DNA of 63,924 nucleotides, counting the filler, from Octopus bimaculoides (taxonomy: Eukaryota): NCBI RefSeq assembly GCF_001194135.2. It is 5 parts of 5 records of this genome, joined end to end, with 100 filler letters (N's around TTAATTAATTAA, not from the genome) between each part and the next. Parts side by side here need not be neighbours in the genome. Positions count along the whole stretch, not along the records: positions 1 to 26,323 come from NC_068999.1; positions 26,424 to 45,990 come from NC_068985.1; 3 more parts are not named here. One strand, 5' to 3'. The notes under the pieces are model-generated. The model ran no database searches and was not told where the DNA came from. It worked only from the letters and a program-made list of their open reading frames with translations. This document shows positions 14,397-28,322 of this stretch, piece after piece (the first letter of the stretch is position 1; each line of letters opens with the position of its first letter). Made by a program: the position numbers and the translations under genes.

Positions 14397-15818
14397 GGAA
14401 GACTCTGATTGTAAGAGAAACTTTCTAGCGTGTTAAAAAGGAATGAACACAATAAATAATGTCGAGTGAAACATTCAATTTCAAAAAGACTACACTGGAT
14501 AGTCAAGTATGGCTGCTTAGATTATTACTTTGCTTGATCAGAATTTACTTGGGATTATGCAATGCCCATATATAAAATTTATTTAACGTACATTCTCATT
14601 TAATCTTCCGTCTACTGACATTCATAGCAGATTCTAAATTAATAATGGATATTAGACTGCTATCGCGTAATCACGATCTTTCTAGGAATTTCTAAGTAAT
14701 ACTAAAAGCTACAGTTTACTATATTCGGCCAAGTACTTTCTATTTATCCAAATCACGGATGTACTATACGTTTATTCCTAACATACCGTGTACACAATGC
14801 TGTTTCCTATACAAATATTCATTACTTACACCAATTTAACTATCAACTTCAATATCTCAAGGTCATAAATTCATTTCATCCGTTTATTTGTTAATACATT
14901 AAACGCCATTAGTAAGCTCTGATTAATATTTGAAGAGCGGGACATTAAACTATGTACATATGTACACCCCTTTGATTGCAATTTGAATGATTTACCACTA
15001 TATTGTATTCAATATCGATTAATATATATTTATTCGTAATTGGGTTAATAGCGCATAAAGCCAGTCAGTATGATATTGTTATCTAATATTCACATCTATA
15101 TTTAGTCTTTATGTGTGTAGAGCAAATGATCTAATATGTTTGCGATGCTTCTCGTGTCTAATAAACGAGAATGCATAATAGACATCCTTCAGGATTTCCA
15201 CCAAATGGATTTGGCACATTAATTATAAGAAAATTATTTCCAGCCACGAAATATACGCTCAGTCATTTTGAAGAGAACAGATGTTCGTTACGTTGAGAAT
15301 AATAAACAGATACGCGAATATTCGAATTCAAACAGAAATAGAATTAGGGATAGTGAAAATAACAGTTAAAGTAACATTTATGCGAGAAAAATACAACGGC
15401 AATAATTGAAATTTTTTCTCATATCTCGGTATCGCTATACATATTCACATGCATACATACACACATATTTGCATATCACTCTCTGTCTGTCTCTATATAT
15501 GTATACCATATGTTACGTATATATTATATCATAACTTCATACTGTGTGGATTAAGTTGCCCGTTGGTAGGCCGCTGGTATTTATAGAGTATTAAAAACTT
15601 TCGGTGTGCAAATTATGGACTTCTTCATAGAGTAACTGCTGCATTTTTTGAGTATATAAACAGTTTGGCAGCTTTTTTTTCTATGGAGATTGCCAAAATG
15701 ATGTGGATAACTCTGATGAGATCTCAAAACGGTATAAAAATCGGGTAAGGCAGTTCATTTCATTTCAGTCTGTGGAGAAATGGTTAAAATGTGCCCTCTT
15801 TATAATTATACCATGTGT

Positions 15819-15852
<34 letters not shown>

Positions 15853-17067
15853 TATATGATAGTGTAACAACAGGACACCGATGTCCACTGGAAATAGCAG
15901 TCGATTAATTTAGATAGATACAATGCTTGTTTCTATGCACTCATGGACAATGAAATCCCTAGTGACTCATACCATGTGGAATACAGAATCAGCTCAATTT
16001 TTATAAACACTTTTACTCCTTCTTTTCAGTGATTCCAGAATTAAGTGACCTAGATATATTTAAATTATATGTTGAAAGTAATGCTGGGATTGTCATAAAA
16101 AAATTTTTTGCACCTTATTTCATTTGCATATTTTCCACTGTCTATCGTAAGCGTACACTTCATATTTTCACTCAGTTAAACCGGAGGATTCGTCCCATGA
16201 CAAGAATGAGGAGACCTGGTTTCCGTGATTGCAAAGGCAACATAAATTGCAAAATACTGACTGAATCTTTGTAAAACAAATTGATTAGAGATGAATATTG
16301 ATTAATATTAATTTACAGCCGCCGACCGAATACTCCGCAAAGTGCTAGTAAAATAAGAGGTCTTACCTTAGTTCACTGGTACTGAACAGCTGACATTGTA
16401 GTATATCTTCAGCGTTAGAAGCTGTGCAAAGGCAATAACAATAATAGTAACTACTAATCTAAGAAATAGTTACTGCCTGAAAAACTAACGAGGCAGTACA
16501 GATCTATAGCACTAATTGGGATACAGGAATCTATGTGAGCAAGTATATATGTGTGTGTGTGCGTAGGAGATAAACGCATAACGTGCATGTATGTCGATGC
16601 ATGTGGGTCGCACATGCACGTAGACGCATGTACATATGTATATCTATGGATGGATATATATATATATATATGCTTACATAAGTATGTGTATATATGTGTG
16701 TCTGTATATATATNNNNNNNNNNNNNNNNNNNNNNNNNNNNNNNNNNNNNNNNNNNNNNNNNNNNNNNNNNNNNNNNNNNNNNNNNNNNNNNNNNNNNNN
16801 NNNNNNNNNNNNNNNNNNNNNNNNNNNNNNNNNNNNNNNNNNNNNNNNNNNNNNNNNNNNNNNNNNNNNNNNNNNNNNNNNNNNNNNNNNNNNNNNNNNN
16901 NNNNNNNNNNNNNNNNNNNNNNNNNNNNNNNNNNNNNNNNNNNNNNNNNNNNNNNNNNNNNNNNNNNNNNNNNNNNNNNNNNNNNNNNNNNNNNNNNNNN
17001 NNNNNNNNNNNNNNNNNNNNNNNNNNNNNNNNNNNNNNNNNNNNNNNNNNNNNNNNNNNNNNNNNNN

Positions 17068-17470
17068 AACCACATGGTTCTGGGTTCATTCCCACTGCGT
17101 AGCACCTTGGGCAAGTGCCATCTACTATAGCCTCGGGGCGACCAAAGCCTTGTGAGCGTATTTGGTAGACGGAAACTGAAAGAAGCCTGTCGTATATATG
17201 TATATGTATATATGTGTGTGTATATGTTTGTGTGTCTGTGTTTGTCTCCCCAACTTCGCTTGACAACCGAGGCTGGTGTGTTTCTGTGTCTGTGTTTGTC
17301 CCGCCAACAGCGCTTGACAACCGATGCAGGTCTGTTCACGGCCCCGTAACTTAGCGGCAAAAGTGACCGATAGAATAAATACTAGGCTTACAAAGAATAA
17401 GCCCTGGGGTCGATTTCTTCGACTAAAGGCGCTGCTCCAGCATGGCCTCAGTGAAATCACTGAAAGGAAT
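17068..17470 (+). mobile_element. tRNA-derived CORE-like SINE (family C)
   Basis: A GGTTCATTCCCACTGCG B-box remnant and GCACCTTGGGCAAGTG CORE-like motif are followed by an internal (TA/TG)n tract and a 3' part homologous to 57725-57940 and 57949-58110. It carries an internal tandem duplication of about 55 bp at 17232-17338. Confidence 0.75.
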
Positions 17471-20261
17471 AAAAATATACATATATATCTTCCCCTTTCT
17501 TCCTCTAGTACCATTCTTTGGTCTTAAACACAATGTAACTCAATCCCTGTCTATCTATTAACGTTCCCTACCTGAGAGCCTAAACTCAGAAGAACTTTTA
17601 GGGAGACTCAACTTTATGTACGAATATACGTCATGAGACTCAGGCTGCAAAATTGATGCAACACACCATGTTGATCGGAACACCACCCATAAGGGAATGT
17701 AGCAGAATGGGTCGAAAAACCGTTGAACAAAACAAAGATTAATACCAAATCCATCTTCTCGTTGCATATGAAATTATCATTATCTCAAGTAACACTGCAG
17801 AGTCCCTGAAATAGATTCATCGGTTATATACCATGGCTGCGAATGGCACCATGTAACTCAAACTGTGCAAGTGCTCCACTCATTACTTCAACACACTAGT
17901 CGACATATACACATTAGTCCAAAATATTAAATCCCTAATTGTCTTATAGTGATTAATGTGTCTATAATTTAGCTATCAGTTATTATCCTATATAATTTTA
18001 AGATTTATTATTGCTGTAATTATTCTCTAGCTAGGATTCTACGTTGACTGCGGAACGCTAACGAACACTACACAATTATTCGAAATGCGTATTACTTTTC
18101 AAAGTGTATTGCATTAATCAAAGGTGTTATAAAATTTCACTTTGAAGACAACTCTTTGTAATCAGTGGGTCTGCAGATCCCTCAACTGAATATAATTCAA
18201 ACTCTGTTTTACTGTCAATGTGATATTTGTTATCTCAATAAAATAACGAGTCATTTAAGAGATATGTTGCTGCTAATACTAGCAGGTTAAACGAAAGCAA
18301 TACAGTTATATGCATGGATATAATTTGGAATAATTTATTTGTAAGTATGTTTTTGCTTCATACTATACTGTTTGACGATTTAGTTTACTCAGTTCATTTT
18401 TATTTCATATAGATTATGAATATTTGTTAATCCTCATTTTTGACATTATGCGTACTGAAATGTTATTACTTCGAATTCTAAGTACAATCGTTCATTATAG
18501 CTCATATTCGTCTAAGGCGATATTTAAAATGAGACTTATCAAAGACTGTACTATTCCTTTCATTAATTATGTATACGATGAGATATTAAATGATTTTTAT
18601 GCATGTAACATTGCTTTAATAACTACGAACGCATTGATAGCCATTAACAGCAATTGATAGCTATTTTTGCTACTCTACAGAAATCAGTCATTTTAATGTC
18701 ATAATTTTGTTACCATTACCAGTGTCCAATCATAAATAAATTGAATAATAATAATAATAATATTAAAGTCATGCAGTAAATATCATTTTTTTTTTCAGCA
18801 ATACTATATCCATCCATTGAAGCACTCACCTGGTGATAGTCGTTATTCTAAAATCCATTAACCTATGCCCTTTGCTGTTATGTGCATTTTTAATGTGCTC
18901 GTTGCTAAATAGCCATGTTTTGTTACCTGACTACCTCTACTTTGTTCATTACATTTGGGATCTCGAAATGCTGCTGCCGATTTCGATGCATAGATCACCT
19001 GTGAAAAGATCACCTGTAAAACTAGAGTGTTTTTATAATGCCCTTGACACAGAATCGGACAACGTAAAATTCCATTCCATTAATAAATCGTATCAGCACA
19101 CTCAATCGTTCGTATCAATATCAAGTCAATAGCATAAGAGAAACATGAGAATACAAACATATTTCCGAGGCTCTATGTATTGCTGGTGTTAAATATATAA
19201 TTTCTTAGAACACCGTGAATTAAAGCAGAATGTTTATGTGTTCGTTTTACATTACACATGCTTGTCTCTCAGACAAAATATTTCATTTTGATTCGGGATG
19301 GATGGTGGTGCCTTTGTGCAGTATTTCATTAGCCTGTTAGCAGTTAGTCACGATATGGTTCAAATGTAATTTTGTTACAAAAAAACACACCAAACAGATT
19401 GCAGTCCAGACTATACGACATTGAGCAGAATACCAACAAGAACGTAAAACTGGCCTTAATATCTACCTATATATCTAATTCTCTCTCCTCTCTCTCTCTT
19501 AGCCCCTATCTCTCTCTATATAGCTCTTTCTGCAACAAGGTGGACTCATAGATGAGTGGTTCAGTAACACCGTATATCTTCATCATTTCCGAGGCATCTA
19601 ATAGCAGAAACAGTTGTAAGTTATGAAGTTTATTACAAAATCTGTTATCCATTTGTCATTCTATTTTCTTATTACTGTTCTATATTCCACCAACTCTTCG
19701 TTCTGAAGTATATGCATATTAAATTATTAATCTCGCTATAAACTAAGCTCCCATCGCTACTACTATCACACGCCTTATTACTAACCCTAACTCTGAAATC
19801 TATTTACTCCTCCCATAGCTCTCTATCTAAACAGCGCCAATACCCATCCTAACAGACTTAGCTCTCCACAGAATCATTACATCTTTAAACTCCCTCCTGT
19901 CAACAACTCAAGTGTAAAATTTTCCAATGTAAAATTCTTCCCTGAAGACGGAAGTGGTGTTATCCGATAATAGATCCAAATATCTATCATTATTCCGGAC
20001 CAGCAAGCCCTCGGGAACAGCAGTTGGACTCATCCATTTGACTCCTGATATAATTTATATTCTGTTAGTCAGACTAACTTATATCCATACATATGGACAT
20101 TTTGTCTATTAAATATATTTAATATTCTGTATAAATCGACATGCCTTATCTGATTCACATTACATTCACTGATCTACCAGCTCATGCACGAATCTCTTGA
20201 GCACTTTGAAGTGTATTCTATATAGAGTACACCTATCTCTAATCTTTAATATATATATATG

Positions 20262-20299
<38 letters not shown>

Positions 20300-20610
20300 N
20301 NNNNNNNNNNNNNNNNNNNNNNNNNNNNNNNNNNNNNNNNNNNNNNNNNNNNNNNNNNNNNNNNNNNNNNNNNNNNNNNNNNNNNNNNNNNNNNNNNNNN
20401 NNNNNNNNNNNNNNNNNNNNNNNNNNNNNNNNNNNNNNNNNNNNNNNNNNNNNNNNNNNNNNNNNNNNNNNNNNNNNNNNNNNNNNNNNNNNNNNNNNNN
20501 NNNNNNNNNNNNNNNNNNNNNNNNNNNNNNNNNNNNNNNNNNNNNNNNNNNNNNNNNNNNNNNNNNNNNNNNNNNNNNNNNNNNNNNNNNNNNNNNNNNN
20601 NNNNNNNNNN

Positions 20611-20651
<41 letters not shown>

Positions 20652-23303
20652 GTATATGTGTATGTATGCATGTATGTATACACATACATTATTTACACGT
20701 ATGCATATATATATATATATATATATACAGTGAGAGAGAGAGAGAGTGAGAGAGAGAGTGGGTGAGAGAGAGTGAGAGAGAAATATTTGTAAACAAGGTG
20801 ATAGAGAGATAGATAAATAGATAGATATCTTTTTCATTTTAGTATACTCTTTATGCAAACTGTCTCTTTTCATGATTTCTAAATATGAGACATAGAAATA
20901 TGATGGTAATATTTATCTTAAACAGGTAGAACAAGAACAGGTTGAATAGACAATACATTTGGAACTATGTCATGTATTAGCTTACACAAAACATATGTAC
21001 AATATTCGTTTTAATTGATGTACAATATCTGTACACTTTTCAAACTTAATATACAATATTTCCTTATCGACTTCAATATTTCTGAATATACATGTTTTCA
21101 TGGTTTAAAATAAACTCCAAATCATGCAAATTCTCTGATGGCTTGAAAGCACTTTTAAGAATATCATTTTGCCCTCTCAGAGTTAATGTGGAGGTATTAT
21201 ATCAGTAGGGGATAGTTTTTAATGCTGTGAATCTCTACTTTAATAAATTTTGACAAATTCAGTGTCTATTGCTAAATGTGTTAAATGAAGTGCATAAAAT
21301 TTTATTTTTTCTTCTACTGCTTTTCGAGAAAATGAAAGGAAATAATAGTAACTATATGTTTATGCACGTATTCACATCCTTTTTGGAAACCTATCACAGG
21401 TTTCTCTTATTTAGATTAATTAAATCCAGAAGTAGTTTGTCAGTTTGACGACCGTCATATATTTTAAAATTATATTCAAAATTTGTTTTATATTATTTCA
21501 TCTTTATGAAAACCTCTTGAGTCTATGAACTGTGTCCTTTTGTTAATTGATCTTTTATACTTTATAATTCTAATTAATTTACTGCTCGATGACATTATTT
21601 TATGCTCGTAAGTTTAATAATATGACGCCATGTTTAAGCACATTGCGCTGATATACGATATTACTGAGAAATAATAACTAATGGCCCATAATTCAAGAAT
21701 GACAACGCAGAAAGTCTTGAAACACTTGAGATTACATTTAATAAAAAAAAAAAACAATAACATTTCATAGAAAATCAAATGAATATCGGGTGTGATTCTT
21801 TATTGATACTACATGAACTTCAATCATGTGATATCTTCTGTTGTCCAAATATCGGTGCATAATCTTGCAAAATTTTTTGATGGGAACTCTGTTGTGAAAA
21901 CGAAGACTAACTATATGTTGGCATATTCTCTGCAAACGAAAAGTATGCACTTTGGCTAACAAATTATACAATTAAACAGACGATAATAAATAATTTTGAA
22001 TGAGATTATTCATTGAAAGATAATGCGACAACGAATCTGGAAATATTATAACAATGGATTAATCATGATGAATGAACAAAGAATTTCTATGGTATGTGCA
22101 TGGCTTTGTGACTTTGTGACTACCAGTAAGAAGAAATATCAAAAGCACTGTTTCAGAAATACATAATTATACAGGCATGCAAGAAGAAGAGGAAGTAAAT
22201 GACAGAGTAAGTAGGAAAAGCTATATACATAAAATATGTGTGCGAGCGTGCGTGTGTTTGTGTGTGTGTCTGTGTGGATCAAGACAGTTTGATACAGATT
22301 CGTTGGTACTCTTCAGTTTCAAATTCAAAATGACTGACGACTAGCACTATGTTCCAAACTCAAGAGTACCAGCGAATTTGAATGAAACGTTTTGATCCAT
22401 ACATCTATAAATTCAGAAATACAGAATTATACAGACATGCACGTAGAGGGAGTAATTGATAGAGTAGATAGGAAAAGCAACGTACATATAAATATATATA
22501 TGTGGGTATATATNNNNNNNNNNNNNNNNNNNNNNNNNNNNNNNNNNNNNNNNNNNNNNNNNNNNNNNNNNNNNNNNNNNNNNNNNNNNNGTGTGTGTGT
22601 GTGTGTGTGCGTGTGTATATATACATATATACTTATATATATCTAAACATATATATATGTGTGTGTTTGTGTGTGTGCGTGTGTGTGTATGTTTGTGTGT
22701 TTGTGTGTGTGTGTGTGTGTGTAATTTCTATACGGAACAAATAATTTAGCAGAAAATTAATTCACGAAAAAATAATTTGCGTAGATAACATTGGCTCACT
22801 TATCTATTGTAACACTTTTAAAATGATAATAACAGAATGGATAATATAGGCGATTGCATGCCTATATAATGCATTAAATAGATGTAGGATTAATATAAAT
22901 TAAAGTATGTATACATGCTGGAAATTACAGTCAAAACTCTTATTTAAATCGCCAAAATACATAGATAACTACAGAAATCAACTGTCCGAGGGTAAACGGA
23001 CCAAGACAATCTCTCAGCATACATTAAAGTATTTGGAATCGCCTCGACCAGTTTCTGGACTGGCATACTAGACTAACCTTCCTCAGCACGCGTTACCATC
23101 ATAGAGAGCGTCAGCCTGTCGTGTTGAAGTCTGTGCTGCAATTGATAGCTTTTCCGCCGAAATCAGCGAAGCCACAAGTGTGAAAATAATTTCAACACGG
23201 AACGAATAAATCACGAGAAAATTAATTCAAGAAAGAATAATATGCGAAGATACAATTGATTCTGTTATTATCCAGTGTACTTTGATTAATTTTAATCCTT
23301 CAG

Positions 23304-23371
<68 letters not shown>

Positions 23372-25169
23372 GGATGAAAACAGTCCTCAACCAGTTTCAA
23401 TTTGAATTTGAATTTTGATCCACACATGTAGCCCACAATGCGTGCGTGTATATGTGTGTGTGAGTATAATATATATATATATTTACATTGGAGAAATTTT
23501 ACAAAATTCATAAATGGATGATGAATATCCATACATAGATACATGCAAACAGTTTGTAATTGTAAACATTTTATATGTAAACATGTATGTGTGTGTGAGT
23601 GTGTGTCTATCTGACTATGCGTGTGCGTATGCATACACTATAAGCAACTTGCTGCATGTGTCAGGGCGCCAAATTCCAGATCCTATTATATATGAAATGA
23701 ACAAAAGAAACAATGGCAAATTTAAATATTTGCTCAAAGGCATGTCATACGCATTTGCTTAGTTTTAGTAAGACAAATGATGGGTTGTGGGGAACGAACC
23801 GCGTTTTATATTTTGCGATACATATGCGTTGCTAAAATATATGCCAGAAGGAGTAATTCTGCAATGTTCAATCTTTTCGTGGGCGAAACACATACGCCTA
23901 AATCTTGTAGTGTTAATAGTAGATGATACATACATGCATTTACAAACATACGTATACATATATGCAATGGTACATGTACATGTAAATATATATCTAAATA
24001 TGTGAGCGTGTGTGTCTGCATGTGTGTGTGTGCGTGTGTGTGTGCGTGTGTGTGTGCGTGTGCGTGTGTATGTGCGTGCGCGCGCGCTTCTGTATTCTGT
24101 GTATAAGATTTCAGCAGTAGTTTTGCTTCAGATCCATTGGAATAATTTCAAAACTCTCGATGATGTTAATGCCGTTACATGTTCGATGAGGCTATTTAAA
24201 AGAAAACAGTATCTAACTAATCACCACAGACAATGCAGCCTGGAGATAAAAATTCTTCCTGCAGTCAGTCATACATTTTTTCCAGAAATTAACTCATAAA
24301 CATCGTGAATAGGGAGTGAATAGAAAGTTTTTAGCGTTGCATCACTACCACGTTTCAAAATATAGTTTTAAAAACGAACTGTGTTTCTTTAATATCCGTG
24401 ATTTTTTTTTTCGTGGGGTGGGGTGGATATAACCCAAAGGATTCACTAATTTTTAAGATTTAGAATCCATATAACTATGATTCATTTGAAAATCTCTAAC
24501 AAAATTCGTTTAATTTCCATATATATTATTAAATTAATATACCTAATTGACATGAAATCCAAAAGATACAAATACGTGGCTCATATTAATTGTTTTTTTC
24601 CAGGGAAACAGTTATATCAGTTAACATTTTTTTTTTTTTTGTTACTTCTTGCAACACCGAATAATAAGCTTCAGATGGGTGTTACTAAATTGAAAAAATC
24701 TCATGAATTATACATTTAATCACAAGGGAATTTTAGATTTTTCTCCTTTTGTAGCTCATATATTTCTCTTCCCAGAGTACAACCAAGTAATAAATATAAA
24801 TAGTTTCTTACTTGGGTCACAAAAATACGGAAAGAAGATTCCTGACGTAAAATTTAACGTTTCAATCCTTCATTCGTAACTATATATCATTCAGAATTTA
24901 TTCATTTAGGATGCGAACTATAAATAAGAACATATTTGCATGCTTATAACATACAAACAGACACATTCACACAATGGATTACACAATATATACTAAGCTT
25001 TTCTATCAATAGGGCTGTTATTGTAAATATCGTTATTGCAAGAGAAAGACATTACACTTTTTATCAGTATGCTGGATCGACAGAAGTGAGTCTTTTCTCC
25101 TATATGTTATAATCACTTCCCTTCTTTCCGAGTCGAAGATGTTTTGCACATACACACACACACATTTAT

Positions 25170-26300
25170 ATAAGGTGCTATGTCTTTTCGTCCGACGTCA
25201 CTTCGTGAAACATGTTTTCGCCCACGTCTTTTGGTCTGACGAACTTTTGTCCGATAATTTTTTTGTCCAATTTTAAATAAACGCTTTTGAAATCAAGATC
25301 AAATACTCAAATATTCACAGAACTATAATGAGCCTCGTCATAGGATCGTTGTTATCGTTCTTTTTCCATCTCTGCAAGCAATTTCAATTCCTCTTTGTCC
25401 TTATCTTCCTTAAGTATGATGCTGTGTATGGAGAGTGCTACAAATTTAGTGTACACATACTTAATTTACCCATCCCGAAATGACACAGTTTATAGTACCA
25501 ACCAAAAAGAAAAGAAAAAGTAGTTAAAATAAATTAGGTCTGCGATTTTCGTTCAAACAAAAGAAAATTAGGAAAACAATACTGGAGATGTGATAAAAGA
25601 AGGAATTTTCTGTGCAAATTCACACTTAACGGAAACAAGTGAGACGAAAATTATTTATTTTTCTAGCGTGCACCTTCATCTAGCTAATGTAGATTCGTTA
25701 TATTCTAGAAAAGCAGTTGCAGAAATAATACATGAAGTGGTGGAAAATATAGCATCACGTTCACTGAGCAAAAATAAGTTTACGCTGCAAACAGAAAATA
25801 CTTGCTCTGAACTTTCTCGTCTGCCTGTACATTCAATGACTATTCAAAGGTGACGACAAAACGATTCTGGATTTCCCGCTAACCTAGGGACTCCACTGGC
25901 TTTGAACTACCTGAAGAATATTGTCTACTTGATAATGGCGAAGAGTTTTTGAGATACGATTCGGGTAACAAGGATAAACAGCGCATATTAATATTTGCAT
26001 CAGAAAACACTCTTTAGAATATAGCATCATATCGTCATCGGATATGTGATGGAACGTTCAAAATTGTGCCAGAACAATTTAGCATTCACGTAGAAGGTAG
26101 CAGTTTTCTATGGGTCTTTGCATTACTGTCGAATAAGAAAGTAGTAGGCATAGGATTGATTTTTCGAGCAATTGAAAATGATGCATCCTAATGCATATCC
26201 GCTTGATTTCATAGATTTCGAAGTTTCAGTTCATAAAGCATTTAAGTCATCTCTTCCTCATTCATCCCACGTGGCATATATGTTCCTTTTGAGCCAAGTG
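25170..26300 (+). mobile_element. Degenerate Mutator-like (FLYWCH + MULE DDE) transposon remnant
   Basis: Broken frames give KQYWRCDK (FLYWCH), VHLHLAN, EFLRYDSGNKDKQRILIFASEN, ICDGTFKIVPEQF, FALLSNK and DFEVSVHKAF, which are MULE catalytic-domain motifs. TTTCGTCC-type subterminal repeats lie at about 25180-25270. The element is cut off by the scaffold join at 26324. Confidence 0.82.
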
Positions 26301-26323
26301 GGTCATATATATATATATATATA

Positions 26324-26423
26324 NNNNNNNNNNNNNNNNNNNNNNNNNNNNNNNNNNNNNNNNNNNNTTAATTAATTAANNNNNNNNNNNNNNNNNNNNN
26401 NNNNNNNNNNNNNNNNNNNNNNN
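26324..26423. other. Artificial scaffold-join linker (44 N + TTAATTAATTAA + 44 N)
   Basis: Exactly 100 bp with a central 12-mer that places a stop in all six frames; the same structure occurs four times. Confidence 0.95.
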
Positions 26424-26660
26424 AGCAAACATTTGCTTCACCACATACCGAAGTTCAGAAATAGCAGCTAAAAAAGCTGAGACTTCAACAGATAGCATTA
26501 CTTGTAACTCACAAAAGCAAAAACAAGAAGAAAAAACAATGAAAACTGTTTTTCTTCTTGTTTTTGCCATTGTGAGTTACAAGTAATGCTATCTGTTGGA
26601 GTCTCAGTTTTTTTAGCTGCTATTTCTGAACTTCGGTATGTGGTGAAGCAAATGTTTGCT
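26424..26660. repeat. Near-perfect palindrome (arms about 115 bp, loop about 8 nt)
   Basis: 26424-26538 is the reverse complement of 26547-26660 with only about 5 differences. The same peptide (AAISELRYVVKQMFA) is read from both strands in the ORF track. Confidence 0.92.
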
Positions 26661-26806
26661 GATCCCTTAATTATGTTTATATATCTATACATGTGTGTAT
26701 ATGAACAAGCAGAAAGCATGTTAATGAAATCAATATTCACACACACACGGATGCTAAAGCATACATATATGTAGTATATGTACATATACACATGCATAGA
26801 TATGTA

Positions 26807-26866
<60 letters not shown>

Positions 26867-26929
26867 TGGTGGTTGTCTACTCCTTATGCAGAGTTTGACT
26901 ACCCCCTGTACCTACACCTTAGAACCATC

Positions 26930-27480
26930 ATGCCATCTGATGTTGCTTTTTAAACCAGAAAATATTTTTGAAAAGACACCCACATCGATTGCATATCCAA
27001 TTTGGACCACCAAGATCGGCAGAAAAGTTCTGTTCTTTGTGGATCTTAAAACGTCTTTTCAGGCCTCCGTTAGATTTGCAAACCTTCTGGGATACGTTGC
27101 ATGGAAATGTGTCATATAGGCAGAATATAGGCAAGTGGAGGTTCGTTTTTCATGCATCTGCAAATGAGATTTGAGCCCAGCAAACGAAAGGGATGGTCTG
27201 TCGCAAAATGTGCACACAAAAGGTCATTGTGTTCACCTCTCGAGCGTAACATTCTACCTTAAATTACTCTTGAGTCTTGCATGCTTTATTCTGGCACCTT
27301 CAAACGCTTTTACTCCACTCCACACTTTTGTTCGCCAACCAGCTCGATCCTAATCAAGAGTTTCTATGTCCTCTGCATCCATTCCAAGTAACTTCATAGT
27401 AATCCTTATGGCGTCCTTAAAGTCATTTTAGATTTACGCCTTATTTTTAGAGCCATTTGGTGTCTTCTTCTAGCATGCGT
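26930..27480 (-). mobile_element. RTE-clade LINE 3' end with C2H2 zinc fingers
   Basis: The minus strand gives MKLLGMDAEDIET..DRAGWRTKVWSGVKAFEGARIKHARLK, then FVCTFCDRPSLSFAGLKSHLQMH and FPCNVSQKVCKSNGGLKR, typical of an RTE ORF C-terminus. Confidence 0.75.
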
Positions 27481-27634
27481 TGCTACCGGTAGTTTCCTTT
27501 ATTATAGTGATATTGATATAATTAAATACTTACATTACGTTTACCTAAATGTCTTTTTACATGATAAAATCTCCTTCATAAAAACGTATATATATATATA
27601 TTTTATCCTTGATTATTATGATATATGTATATAC

Positions 27635-27665
<31 letters not shown>

Positions 27666-28260
27666 NNNNNNNNNNNNNNNNNNNNNNNNNNNNNNNNNNN
27701 NNNNNNNNNNNNNNNNNNNNNNNNNNNNNNNNNNNNNNNNNNNNNNNNNNNNNNNNNNNNNNNNNNNNNNNNNNNNNNNNNNNNNNNNNNNNNNNNNNNN
27801 NNNNNNNNNNNNNNNNNNNNNNNNNNNNNNNNNNNNNNNNNNNNNNNNNNNNNNNNNNNNNNNNNNNNNNNNNNNNNNNNNNNNNNNNNNNNNNNNNNNN
27901 NNNNNNNNNNNNNNNNNNNNNNNNNNNNNNNNNNNNNNNNNNNNNNNNNNNNNNNNNNNNNNNNNNNNNNNNNNNNNNNNNNNNNNNNNNNNNNNNNNNN
28001 NNNNNNNNNNNNNNNNNNNNNNNNNNNNNNNNNNNNNNNNNNNNNNNNNNNNNNNNNNNNNNNNNNNNNNNNNNNNNNNNNNNNNNNNNNNNNNNNNNNN
28101 NNNNNNNNNNNNNNNNNNNNNNNNNNNNNNNNNNNNNNNNNNNNNNNNNNNNNNNNNNNNNNNNNNNNNNNNNNNNNNNNNNNNNNNNNNNNNNNNNNNN
28201 NNNNNNNNNNNNNNNNNNNNNNNNNNNNNNNNNNNNNNNNNNNNNNNNNNNNNNNNNNNN

Positions 28261-28322
<62 letters not shown>

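Noticed and set aside
19640-20050. Possible Penelope-like 3' remnant (CCTGAAGACGG...CCGA motif)
   Set aside because: There is only a short motif recalled from memory and no readable GIY-YIG or RT peptide.
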